From the IMG/VR virus record IMGVR_UViG_3300033997_000478, positions 248,001 to 312,000 of that record: DNA of 64,000 nucleotides; one strand, given 5' to 3'. The notes below the pieces were generated by a model, which was not told the DNA's origin, made no database searches, and saw nothing but the letters and a program-made list of their open reading frames with translations. Positions within the stretch are counted from its first letter, which is position 1. Each line of letters opens with the position of its first letter. Below, piece by piece: positions 53,673 through 62,213 of the stretch. Made by a program: the position numbers and the translations under genes.

Positions 53673-54065
53673 ATGAAATCCCTTAGCAAGAGCACCAACC
53701 CGGTGACTCTGGGCATCTACACTGCACTGGTAGGGCGCGATCTCAATTGCGCCAACCGGTTCATCAGTCTGTACGAAGAGCCCAAGAGTTCGGACATCCA
53801 CGATCACATTGCCGCAGCCAATCGGTTCTGGCGTGATCAACTGGGTAGCTGCCCGTTCGATACGATGAAAGAGCGCCTGTGTCTGGTCGACAAGATCGAA
53901 CTGCGCACTTGGCTGAACTACTTCGCCGTCGACGTGGTGCCCACCATCATCTCCGCCAGTCTGCCTTCCTCCGGTCACGAGCCGCGCACCTTCTTTGAGA
54001 AGGCTGCCAGCCCGCGCTGGGGTGTGGAAGTGTTCACTGGCGAAGACCGCGAGCATTCCCTGTAA
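53673..54065 (+). CDS. Hypothetical protein (130 aa)
   Basis: GAGA/AGAG upstream, in a same-strand run, followed by a hairpin at 54072-54105. Confidence 0.65.
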   Translation: MKSLSKSTNPVTLGIYTALVGRDLNCANRFISLYEEPKSSDIHDHIAAANRFWRDQLGSCPFDTMKERLCLVDKIELRTWLNYFAVDVVPTIISASLPSSGHEPRTFFEKAASPRWGVEVFTGEDREHSL

Positions 54066-54132
54066 GCACTCGGTCCTCCTCCTGACTCCGGTTGGGAGGA
54101 GGATCTTGTGTATCGCATTTTGGACAAACGCC

Positions 54133-54810
54133 ATGAATGACCGCAAAGCAGCTACTGAAGAAATTCTAAAGTGGCTCAACGAAATGATTCCCGGCGGCAA
54201 GATCGTTGAAGATCAGCGCCGCCTGTTGGAAGCTCTTGATGATGAATCCTTCGAACAGATGATCGAAGGGTTTGAGAACGGAGAAGAAACCGTTCGCATC
54301 GCTGTGCCGAATCTGGGCGAAGACAAGCTGGAGATTCCCCGACTGCTGGCCGCCTGCGAAAAGATCGGTCTGGAACCGTTCCAGCATCTGTGGTTGACCG
54401 ATGCCAAAAGTGGCGTGGTCTCCCGCACCAACGAGAAGTACTTGGTCGTCCACTTGCCCCTGCGTCGTCAGCAGCAGGCGCTGGTGAAGAAGATCAGTAT
54501 CCCTGACTCCAGCCGTCACATCGACGAAATGACCGGCCAGGTGACTGGCGACTCCAAGGGCGCCTCGCTGTCGGCGCCGGAAATCCAGATTCTGCGTTCG
54601 CAGGAATTGGATGCCATGATCTTGGAGTTCATCAAGGTCCGCGGTGGTGACGAAAAGGCCCTGCGCGCTGCCAAGCGCCAGATCATCGAAACCGGTACGG
54701 CCAACTTGGCCAACCTGCTCGGCGCAGGCACCAACGTGAAGTCAACCACCACGTTGTCCATCCTGCTCACCGGCATGCACCTGCAGAACAATCTGCGTAA
54801 CGGAACCTGA
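54133..54810 (+). CDS. rpoB: Phage RNA polymerase beta subunit, C-terminal fragment (phiKZ gp149-like, virion RNAP), 225 aa
   Basis: TGQVTGDSKGASLSAPEIQIL...ILEFIKVRGGD parallels the beta C-terminus TqQPl.Gk...GG.r.GEME..al...L.E.lt.KSDD. Start moved to ATG 54133. Confidence 0.75.
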   Translation: MNDRKAATEEILKWLNEMIPGGKIVEDQRRLLEALDDESFEQMIEGFENGEETVRIAVPNLGEDKLEIPRLLAACEKIGLEPFQHLWLTDAKSGVVSRTNEKYLVVHLPLRRQQQALVKKISIPDSSRHIDEMTGQVTGDSKGASLSAPEIQILRSQELDAMILEFIKVRGGDEKALRAAKRQIIETGTANLANLLGAGTNVKSTTTLSILLTGMHLQNNLRNGT

Positions 54811-54811
54811 T

Positions 54812-55342
54812 ATGTCCGAAACCACCGTGTACAATCCGCTGGACGAACACCTGCAACAGGTCGACACGCTCTCTGAAGAGTTCGAAGTCCAGGCCATGCT
54901 GGCCAGCGCCGATCCCGATCAATTCAAGGCGTTCGTGCAGTTCTTCTACCACGACCTGCCGGCTTACCGGTTCAGCATGCTCAACGAGGACTTTGTCATC
55001 GATCGCATGTGGGACGCCATGCGCGGCCGACAAGTCGCCTTTGACGTCGTCCTGGATCTGACTTCCTTGCTGGCTGCAACGGCCGCGGTGCAGCGCGGTG
55101 GTTGGGAAGCAGTGGCGCGGTTTGTCGCCAAGGGCATGAGCATCCACGGCGATCAGCGCATGGTCAAGTTCATGGACGCTGAAGAACTGTCCGAGTTCTG
55201 CAGCGATTCGCAGGCACAGCAGATCGTCCAAGACAACCCCTGGCTCTGCACGCTGTTCTTGCTGCGCCTGACCCCAGCCTATCGTGCCGGCCTGCGCGCT
55301 CTGCTGGACCCGCCGAAGCCGAGCACCGGCCATGCCCAGTGA
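54812..55342 (+). CDS. Hypothetical protein (176 aa)
   Basis: Starts 1 nt after the RNAP fragment stop. Typical codon bias. Confidence 0.75.
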   Translation: MSETTVYNPLDEHLQQVDTLSEEFEVQAMLASADPDQFKAFVQFFYHDLPAYRFSMLNEDFVIDRMWDAMRGRQVAFDVVLDLTSLLAATAAVQRGGWEAVARFVAKGMSIHGDQRMVKFMDAEELSEFCSDSQAQQIVQDNPWLCTLFLLRLTPAYRAGLRALLDPPKPSTGHAQ

Positions 55343-56144
55343 GATCGTATCGATCGTCTATGTGGAGCTTGATGCTCTACTGGACACCCGGTTGCCCACC
55401 TTGGGTAAGATCTCACCGCTGGCTGCGGTACAGTGTTCACAGGACGCTCGCTACTACGGTCGGGTCTGTGATGATTTCGAAGAGATCTGCGGTGTCACCC
55501 ACGAGGCGTTTAAGAGCGCCTATGCCAAGCGGGATGCCGAAACGCTGGAAGCTTCGATCATCACCGAGATCCCGTTCATCTTGAATGAACTGGTGAGCAA
55601 GCTTGAGCGCGACACCATCGATCAGCCTTTTGCCGACCGGGTGGAAGTGGAGGTCAACATCTGGCCTTACCGGCTGGAGGTGGAAACCTGCGAAGCCTTG
55701 GAACTGGCAGTGATGGCCCGTGCCGGATATATGTCCAAGGTGACTTGCGTCAATATCCCCTATCCGAAGTTGACTCCGCAAGTAGTGCATCATCGCTACT
55801 CGGGGATGATCATGTACAACTTCCGCGATTGGATGGCTTTGCACATGGAAGCCTTCCGTCACTTTCGCATGCCCAAGGTTACGATCTTGGCCCCGGCGCT
55901 GTTCCATGACCCCAAGTTGATCCCCGGTGAGAATGCCTTCGTTGAAGACGGCATGCATGCTGAGGTCAGCCCGTTCCAGCTTTCGGAACTGGCCATGGTT
56001 GAGTGGTTCTCGCTGAGCCTGTTGCCGGCAGTGAACTTCTCAATGGCTGTTCTGCCAGAAGATCACGATACCTCCGATCCTCAGGCCACACCGTCCAACG
56101 TCCAGGTACCCGTGTTTGACGACATGGAACCAAAAGAAATCTGA
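55332..56144 (+). CDS. Hypothetical protein (270 aa), weak HAD-like N-terminal motif
   Basis: Start moved to ATG 55332, overlapping the previous stop. IVYVELDALLDT resembles hhhDhDGT. Confidence 0.65.
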   Translation: MPSEIVSIVYVELDALLDTRLPTLGKISPLAAVQCSQDARYYGRVCDDFEEICGVTHEAFKSAYAKRDAETLEASIITEIPFILNELVSKLERDTIDQPFADRVEVEVNIWPYRLEVETCEALELAVMARAGYMSKVTCVNIPYPKLTPQVVHHRYSGMIMYNFRDWMALHMEAFRHFRMPKVTILAPALFHDPKLIPGENAFVEDGMHAEVSPFQLSELAMVEWFSLSLLPAVNFSMAVLPEDHDTSDPQATPSNVQVPVFDDMEPKEI

Positions 56145-56147
56145 CGG

Positions 56148-56182
56148 CATAACGCCCCCTCCCGGATGGGAGGGGGCTTATG
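56148..56182. terminator. CATAA..TTATG-flanked hairpin at a convergent junction
   Basis: CATAA-C-GCCCCCTCCC-GGAT-GGGAGGGGGC-TTATG. Confidence 0.8.
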
Positions 56183-56183
56183 G

Positions 56184-56684
56184 TCATTCTTCAGCAGCGT
56201 CTTCTTCCAGACGCCCGGAGAGCACATCATCGATGTTGATGTTGCTGATCTCCACGGCATCTTCGCCAGGCACCTTTTCCAGCTTAGGTAGGCCTGCCAC
56301 GTCCTTGACATTCGGACGCGAACGCGTCTCGCCTTCGGAGACATCACCCGGTTCGCGACGGCGCTGATTCTTACCGCCCAGTTGGAGGGCGCGCAGAACA
56401 GCGGCAGCAGCCAGGGCTTCAGCGGCGTTGCTCGATTGCTTGGCGCCGATCTGCTGGCGCTTGAGGATCTGGCTTTCCAGGTCCTTCATGTTGGCAAGAA
56501 CGATGCGCGCCTCTTCCGGGTCCGGGGGGAGAGCGCCGCCGTTCTTCTCGAAGTCGTACAGCACCTGCCGCATACGGATCTTTTGCATCTGATCCAGCAG
56601 CTCGTCCTTGTCCAGCAGGGCGATAGCTTCCAGCGGCGGCGTGCGCGGTACGTCGATGTTGCAAGGATCGTCTTTGACGGACAT
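56184..56684 (-). CDS. Hypothetical helical protein (166 aa)
   Basis: Start moved to ATG 56684 because the longer ORF overlaps the HNH gene. Helical and charged. Confidence 0.65.
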   Translation of the reverse strand: MSVKDDPCNIDVPRTPPLEAIALLDKDELLDQMQKIRMRQVLYDFEKNGGALPPDPEEARIVLANMKDLESQILKRQQIGAKQSSNAAEALAAAAVLRALQLGGKNQRRREPGDVSEGETRSRPNVKDVAGLPKLEKVPGEDAVEISNINIDDVLSGRLEEDAAEE

Positions 56685-56751
56685 AACACACCATGTAAAA
56701 AATTCTTGATCACATAATATCAGAATGACAGCCTGTACAAAGCTTTTAACA

Positions 56752-57333
56752 ATGAACAAGACCGCATCCCCCAATTACAGCCGTTGGGCAGAAATGCACC
56801 GACGCTGCACCAATCCAGCTCATCCCGCCTACGCACAATATGGTGGGCGTGGCATTCGCGTTTGTGCTCGCTGGGATGAGCTGGCCAACTTCGACGCCGA
56901 CATGGGCTATCCTCCAACTCCCAATCACAGCATCGAACGCATCGACGTCAACGGGCATTACGAGCCCGGTAACTGTACGTGGGCCACGCCAAGGGAGCAG
57001 GCACGAAACCGCACCAATAACGTCCTCCATCAGTTCGAAGGTAAGCATTACTTTCTTCAAGATCTTGCGGAGGAAAAGGGCGTATCTTTCCGCACACTAG
57101 ACGATCGAATTCGTCGACAAGGAATGACGCTGGAGGAAGCTCTCAGCAAGCCGACCACACGCCAAGGTAGTTCGTTTGTGGAAGTGGACGGCGTGAAGAT
57201 GTCCAAGGCGCAGGCGGCTCGCAAGTTCGGCATTAGTCCCACCCTTCTCAGTCAGCGACTGAATAAGGGCATGTCGGTCAAAGAGGCTCTCACCAAACCA
57301 CGTGTGATCACTGGACGGCCGCGAAACACTTGA
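56752..57333 (+). mobile_element. Free-standing HNH homing endonuclease-like gene (193 aa)
   Basis: M..RC.NP....Y..YGGRGI.VC.RW...NF..DMG...SIERIDVNGHYEPGNC.WAT..EQ.RN motif plus repeated C-terminal DNA-binding units. AT-richer than its flanks. Confidence 0.85.
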
Positions 57334-57407
57334 TTATTTTTTACTGAGTCGCCCTACTTAGTGTGGTTCAAAAGTCATTACTTACATACGCCACAAGGAA
57401 CAGAAGT

Positions 57408-57974
57408 ATGCGTCAAGGAATCAAAACAGCCGTGACGGGCTGGGTCCAAAGAATAGGGCAGCTTTTCAGGGGAGAACGCACCCCTTGGCAAGTTGCACGT
57501 GGACTGGTGACCCGGCAGCACGGCTCTGTGTACTCGCTACAGGGGCTCGAGATGGCATGTGAGTACCTTACTCGCAACAACCGTCCGCAGGCCCTTACAG
57601 CGCTTCCCATGAGCATTCGTAGGGAGCTGGTGGTGATCAGCTGCTTTGCGAATATCGACCTACACATCCAGTCGTTGGTGGCCGTTGTCAGGCACATCCA
57701 AGGGCGCGATGATATGCCTCCTGAATTACCCACCGTCGCACCGAATATCCCAGTTACCTTGGATGGGTATCTGACCGACATTCACGACCATCGGGTTCAG
57801 TTGGCAACCGTTGTGGAGTACCTGACTCGCTGGTCCACAGCGTTGCGAGAAGAGATGCAGAAGTTCGAGGCCAACGAGCCTGAGCGCTTTGCGTATCTGG
57901 ATCGCAAACTCCATCATCTCTACAGTGCCACCTTCAACGTGATGGAAGCGTTGATCGTTGCCTCGGAGCGATAA
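57408..57974 (+). CDS. Hypothetical protein (188 aa)
   Basis: AAGGA RBS before ATG 57408. Confidence 0.65.
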   Translation: MRQGIKTAVTGWVQRIGQLFRGERTPWQVARGLVTRQHGSVYSLQGLEMACEYLTRNNRPQALTALPMSIRRELVVISCFANIDLHIQSLVAVVRHIQGRDDMPPELPTVAPNIPVTLDGYLTDIHDHRVQLATVVEYLTRWSTALREEMQKFEANEPERFAYLDRKLHHLYSATFNVMEALIVASER

Positions 57975-58022
57975 TCACAACGCTGGGTTCCGCCACCTAG
58001 CGAACTATCGAAGAGGAAACCG

Positions 58023-58460
58023 ATGTCATACAACAACAATGACGAAGACATTCTGTCAGATACCGACAAAGGCGTCAAAGAAGCGCGCGGTGTTTTGGCA
58101 GTGATCTTCCGTCAGTTCTTGAAGATCCGCGGCATTACCGGCTATGTGTGGGAGCGGTTGATGACCACTTGGCTGGATGATCCGGGTAACGGGGTGGAAG
58201 ACAACTCCCGTGCTCGCTCAACGGCTCGTGGTAATCTCAACAGCGCCCTGCGTCGGCCGGACATGACGTGGCGTGTGTTCATGCGTGCACTGGAGTTTCT
58301 GCGTGCAGCGCGTGTGGACTTCATCGTCAAGGTGACGTGGTTTGACGGAAGTACTGATACCGTCACCGCGCGTCTGAAGGACCTCAGCGGACCGATGCGC
58401 CGAGAGTCTGACGATGATGAAGACAACCCTCCGGCCAACCGCAACCGGCCGATCAAGTAA
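58023..58460 (+). CDS. Hypothetical protein (145 aa)
   Basis: GAGGA RBS. RGNL..AL....MTW..F motif recalled from phiKZ-like hypotheticals. Confidence 0.75.
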   Translation: MSYNNNDEDILSDTDKGVKEARGVLAVIFRQFLKIRGITGYVWERLMTTWLDDPGNGVEDNSRARSTARGNLNSALRRPDMTWRVFMRALEFLRAARVDFIVKVTWFDGSTDTVTARLKDLSGPMRRESDDDEDNPPANRNRPIK

Positions 58461-58468
58461 ACCATTTT

Positions 58469-58498
58469 GACGAGGGGTTACGGCCCCTCGTTTTTATG
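58469..58498 (+). terminator. Hairpin plus TTTATG
   Basis: GACGAGGGGT-TACG-GCCCCTCGTT-TTTATG. Confidence 0.65.
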
Positions 58499-58511
58499 CC
58501 AACCTACAGGA

Positions 58512-59645
58512 ATGGAAAAGATGAAACAACTGCTTCCCGAATACGACCGCCAGAGCGACGGCGTTGACTACATCGCCATCAACGTACGCGCTGCCACTCC
58601 GCTGGGTCGTGCTCTGAGCCTGGGCACTGCATGGCGTGTGGAAACCAACTACCACGGCAACTTCTCCTCGCTCGGTGGTGTGGTGCGTTACTTCGCCCGT
58701 CCCAATGATCCGTTCTGCCGTGAAGCCACTGGCGCTGAACAGGACATGGAGATCTCCACCACGTTCGATGACGTCTACAGTGATGTCTACACCCAGCTGA
58801 TGTGGGAAACACTCTCCAAGATCGACTGGGTGATGGCGGCGATGGTGGCGAACAGGCTGCCGTTCGTCTACTACGTCAACTACGGTGACGGCGATGGCCT
58901 TCAGCCCGTACGTATGCCGCAGTGGTTTGCCGAAGCAGTTGAGAAGTGCGTCAGCAACGCACGTGCTGGCAAGTTCGTCAAGCAGGCTGAAAAGTCGGCC
59001 GTACCCGGCCCGCTGCAACCGTGGAGCTTCCCTTCAACGCCTGTCCGGGGTGAAGAGTCGTCGCCGCTGGAGCAGTGCGTGGAGAAGGAAGTCAAGCCAC
59101 GTCGTGCGCGCAAGACTGTGGTGACCACCACTGATCCGACGATCGATCTCAAGCCCGCCGCGGCGGAAGTCGGATCGGATTTGCCACCGTGGGCGCTGGG
59201 AGGGGACAAACCGCAAGCGGCAGGTCCGGTGAATGATGAACCAACCAAACAGCCTTTCGAAAACACCAAGTTCGAGAAGAAGGCTGCCAAGAAGCGTGTG
59301 GTCAAGAAGGTGCCGGAGTTCAAGGATTCGATTTCCTTCCTCGACAAAGGCAAAGCCGAGATCCAGTTGTGGTTCAAGCGTCTGCAGGCTCTGAGTGTCG
59401 AGCAGAAGGCGCTGGTGGATCAGATCATCGAACCGTTCGACGACCTCGTCGGCAAGCCGGTACCGGACGAAGAGATCCGTGACACGCACCTGCCGTTGAT
59501 GCTCAAGATGTTGGAGAACATCAAGGACAAGCAGGTTGCTGACTCCATTGCCCGTGGCGTCTGGACCTACGTCTTCGATGCGCCCTACGGTACGCCCGAT
59601 GTGATCGCCAAGTTGCAAAGTTACTACGTGCCGGAAGAGGAATGA
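58512..59645 (+). CDS. Protein with a degenerate NADAR-like N-terminal domain, a low-complexity linker and a helical C-terminal domain
   Basis: DGVDYIAINVRAATPLGRALS aligns with DGIDHINVYSKGATQLGQDLS of the next gene. Confidence 0.6.
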   Translation: MEKMKQLLPEYDRQSDGVDYIAINVRAATPLGRALSLGTAWRVETNYHGNFSSLGGVVRYFARPNDPFCREATGAEQDMEISTTFDDVYSDVYTQLMWETLSKIDWVMAAMVANRLPFVYYVNYGDGDGLQPVRMPQWFAEAVEKCVSNARAGKFVKQAEKSAVPGPLQPWSFPSTPVRGEESSPLEQCVEKEVKPRRARKTVVTTTDPTIDLKPAAAEVGSDLPPWALGGDKPQAAGPVNDEPTKQPFENTKFEKKAAKKRVVKKVPEFKDSISFLDKGKAEIQLWFKRLQALSVEQKALVDQIIEPFDDLVGKPVPDEEIRDTHLPLMLKMLENIKDKQVADSIARGVWTYVFDAPYGTPDVIAKLQSYYVPEEE

Positions 59646-59737
59646 TGTGAGCCGTAAAGGCTAACGATCAACCCGACGGCGATCCCTAAAAAGAAGCGCC
59701 CTCTCCAACATGGCGCTCCCGCCAATCGTGATTTCCT

Positions 59738-60346
59738 ATGTCCAACGAAACCTCCAACCCGGAAGCTCTCGAAGTCCTGCCGGCGGATGCATTGCCCGAT
59801 CCCAAGCGTGACGGGATTGACCATATCAACGTCTACTCCAAAGGAGCGACGCAGCTGGGTCAAGACCTGAGCAACTTCGCCCATGTCCCCTTCGAGCATC
59901 CCGACCACGGGTTCTTCGCTTCGATGGAGGCCTACTGGTACTGGCTCAGCACCGGCAAGCAGCATGACAACCTGCGTCGTCTGTACAAGGCCACAGCCAA
60001 GGCTGCCGGTATCCGCCTGCCGAAGGTGGAGATGGATCCGGAGTTGTTCCGCAGCCTGATCTGCGATGGCCTGAAGCTGAAGATCATGCAGAACCGCAAA
60101 CTGCGTGATGAGCTGAAGAAGTCGCACCTGCCGTTCCGTCACTACTTCTTCTACGGTAGTGCGCCGAACTGGGTGATCAAGGAAAAGGCCGACCATCGCT
60201 ACCAGATGGAATGTCTGGAATCGATCCGCAAGGCGCTGCAGCAGAATCAGCCGGTCCTGCTCAGTGACGGGCGCTCGGCCCTGGGCATGGAAATCCAGGC
60301 CGTGGTCGAAGATCCGATCCCCTTCGAGCTGCGACTGGATCCGTAA
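59738..60346 (+). CDS. NADAR-like (YbiA/T4 gp30.3-related) protein, 202 aa
   Basis: LSNF...PF......F.SMEAYW...KIMQNRKLRDEL follows the NADAR pattern LSNF / F.s.E.y / Kf.qn..lr..L. Confidence 0.6.
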   Translation: MSNETSNPEALEVLPADALPDPKRDGIDHINVYSKGATQLGQDLSNFAHVPFEHPDHGFFASMEAYWYWLSTGKQHDNLRRLYKATAKAAGIRLPKVEMDPELFRSLICDGLKLKIMQNRKLRDELKKSHLPFRHYFFYGSAPNWVIKEKADHRYQMECLESIRKALQQNQPVLLSDGRSALGMEIQAVVEDPIPFELRLDP

Positions 60347-60352
60347 CTGAAT

Positions 60353-60380
60353 GCCGGGAGCCTTCGGGCTCCCGGCTATG
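60353..60380 (+). terminator. Hairpin plus TATG, then a T-rich run
   Basis: GCCGGGAGCC-TTCG-GGCTCCCGGC-TATG; the last TATG base sits at 60380 and a T-rich run follows. Confidence 0.7.
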
Positions 60381-60444
60381 CCGTCCTTTCTTTTTTGTCT
60401 GTCCCCTCCGGCTAAGGGTATGATAAGACCTTAGAGACAATTCC

Positions 60445-62040
60445 ATGTCCAATCCGAATTACAAGCCGATGACGGCTGCCAATGCTCCGAAGATCAATAC
60501 CCCCGGTGGTGGGTATAAGACCGAGAGCTTGCTGACCAACATCATCAAAACCCAAGGTGCCGCTTTCGTCCAGAAGAAGGGCGCGGAGCTGGCCAGCAAG
60601 CAGTTGTCCAAGCAGACTGACAAGCTGATGGGTAAGCTTGGCGGTAAGCTGGGTGGCAAGCTCGGTAGTAAGTTCTCCTCCTCTGGCGGCCTGATGGGTT
60701 CGGCGGAGAATCTGGCGGCCAATGCTGCGCGTTCGGTCACTGACAAGCTGCAATCGGCCATTGGTGGTAAGGCCACCGCTCTGCTGGGTAACAAGTTCGG
60801 TGGTGTGGCGGGTCAGCTCGGTGGTAAGGTGGCTGGCGCCATCGCTAACGCGGCTACCAAGACGGTCACCAATCTGGCTACCGGTGCGATCAACAAAGTC
60901 TCCTCGGCTGTCTCTGATGCTACTGCTGGCGTCAAGGGTAAAGCGCAGAGCATGCTCACCTCAGCGCTGGGCGCGGCTGGTGGCGGTATGTTGGGTAACG
61001 TACTAGGTAAGGTCGGTGACACCGCTGCCAAGAATCTGGCAGGTGCCTCGTTTGCACCGGGCTTCTTGGAAACCGGCCCGCGTGCTGAGACCAAGGCAAT
61101 CGACCCCTACGGCGTGTCGGACAACAACATCGTCTCCACGATTACCGATACCGTCAAGGATGCCGCAGCTACCGCTCTGGAAGACGTGCGCGCCACGGGC
61201 ACCGGGTTGATGGGCGATCTGATGCCGCTCAAGCTGAAGGACCTGAAGAACTTCAAGCAGACCAAGGAGCGTCTGGCTGCACGTGTCACGGACATGTTCG
61301 GTGGTCGCGAGTCTGCGGTCAAGTCGATGCCCGGTAGCATGCAGTCCACGATCGGCAACGGTCTGGGTCTTCCCGATGACGCCTACGACAAGCTCGTGGT
61401 GACCATTGGTGATGCGGTCAAGACCTACGATGCCGAAGACGTGGAAAATGCCCGTCAGGTTTACAAGGTCATCGAACAGGTCTCCTCCTCGCCGGCAGGT
61501 GTTCAGTTCGTTGACGTGGCGGCTAAGTCCTCGCTGCTGGCTGGCTGCATGCGTGAAGCAATCATGCTGGGCGATTTCAGTGCAGTGGAAGTGCTGCTGG
61601 AGAACCAGGATGACGAGTCCAGCTACAACGCCTTGTACGCCAACGTGCTGGTCGCTCTGGAATACTCCGAGCTGGACACCGTGCTGCTGATGATCAACCG
61701 ACTGGGTACTGAGCGTATCCTTTCGCTGGTTCCCAACGCAGCACAGACCCTGATGGCCAATTACAAGCTGCCCAAGGATGTGACCTCCGAAGGCTACAGC
61801 GCCGAACTGATTGCGCTGGTGGCTGCCCTGGATCTGCTCAAGCCGAACTGGGACAAGATCGTGCGCAACGGCGTGTGGACCAGTGACCTGCGTGTCTTTG
61901 CAGAACTGAGTGAGGATGCGAAGTCGCTGTTCCTGCGCAATGACAATTACGTGGTACAGACACTGATCGCACCTGACTTCATTGACGCTCCGGACATGGC
62001 CGAAGAGTTCAAGAAGATCTACGACCTGACACCCATCTGA
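60445..62040 (+). CDS. Virion structural protein candidate (531 aa) with a Gly/Ala/Lys-rich N-terminal third
   Basis: Long ORF. GKLGGKLGGKLGSK and AGQLGGKVAG repeats. Convergent with a baseplate-hub-like gene. Confidence 0.7.
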   Translation: MSNPNYKPMTAANAPKINTPGGGYKTESLLTNIIKTQGAAFVQKKGAELASKQLSKQTDKLMGKLGGKLGGKLGSKFSSSGGLMGSAENLAANAARSVTDKLQSAIGGKATALLGNKFGGVAGQLGGKVAGAIANAATKTVTNLATGAINKVSSAVSDATAGVKGKAQSMLTSALGAAGGGMLGNVLGKVGDTAAKNLAGASFAPGFLETGPRAETKAIDPYGVSDNNIVSTITDTVKDAAATALEDVRATGTGLMGDLMPLKLKDLKNFKQTKERLAARVTDMFGGRESAVKSMPGSMQSTIGNGLGLPDDAYDKLVVTIGDAVKTYDAEDVENARQVYKVIEQVSSSPAGVQFVDVAAKSSLLAGCMREAIMLGDFSAVEVLLENQDDESSYNALYANVLVALEYSELDTVLLMINRLGTERILSLVPNAAQTLMANYKLPKDVTSEGYSAELIALVAALDLLKPNWDKIVRNGVWTSDLRVFAELSEDAKSLFLRNDNYVVQTLIAPDFIDAPDMAEEFKKIYDLTPI

Positions 62041-62043
62041 CAG

Positions 62044-62084
62044 CATAGACCCCCTCTCCTCCTTGCGGGGGAGAGGGGGCTATG
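62044..62084. terminator. CATAG..CTATG-flanked hairpin at a convergent junction
   Basis: CATAG-A-CCCCCTCTCCTCC-TTGC-GGGGGAGAGGGGG-CTATG. Confidence 0.8.
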
Positions 62085-62213
62085 TCGGAGGTGTTTTTTA
62101 TCTTCCCCAGGGGTGTGACTTAGCCGACCTAGCGCGGTCGTTTCAGTTAGGTGGGAAGAAAGGAGAGCCAACGGCTGGTTTCCAAAGGATTAGACCGTGC
62201 GTAATTTCTTACG

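Noticed and set aside
56685-57333. Group I intron hosting the HNH
   Set aside because: The flanking genes are complete, divergent and separate, and no intron core structure was recognised.
62085-62213. Possible ncRNA or tRNA in the 130-bp gap between convergent genes
   Set aside because: Only short weak hairpins, no cloverleaf or T-loop motif, and no convincing ORF.
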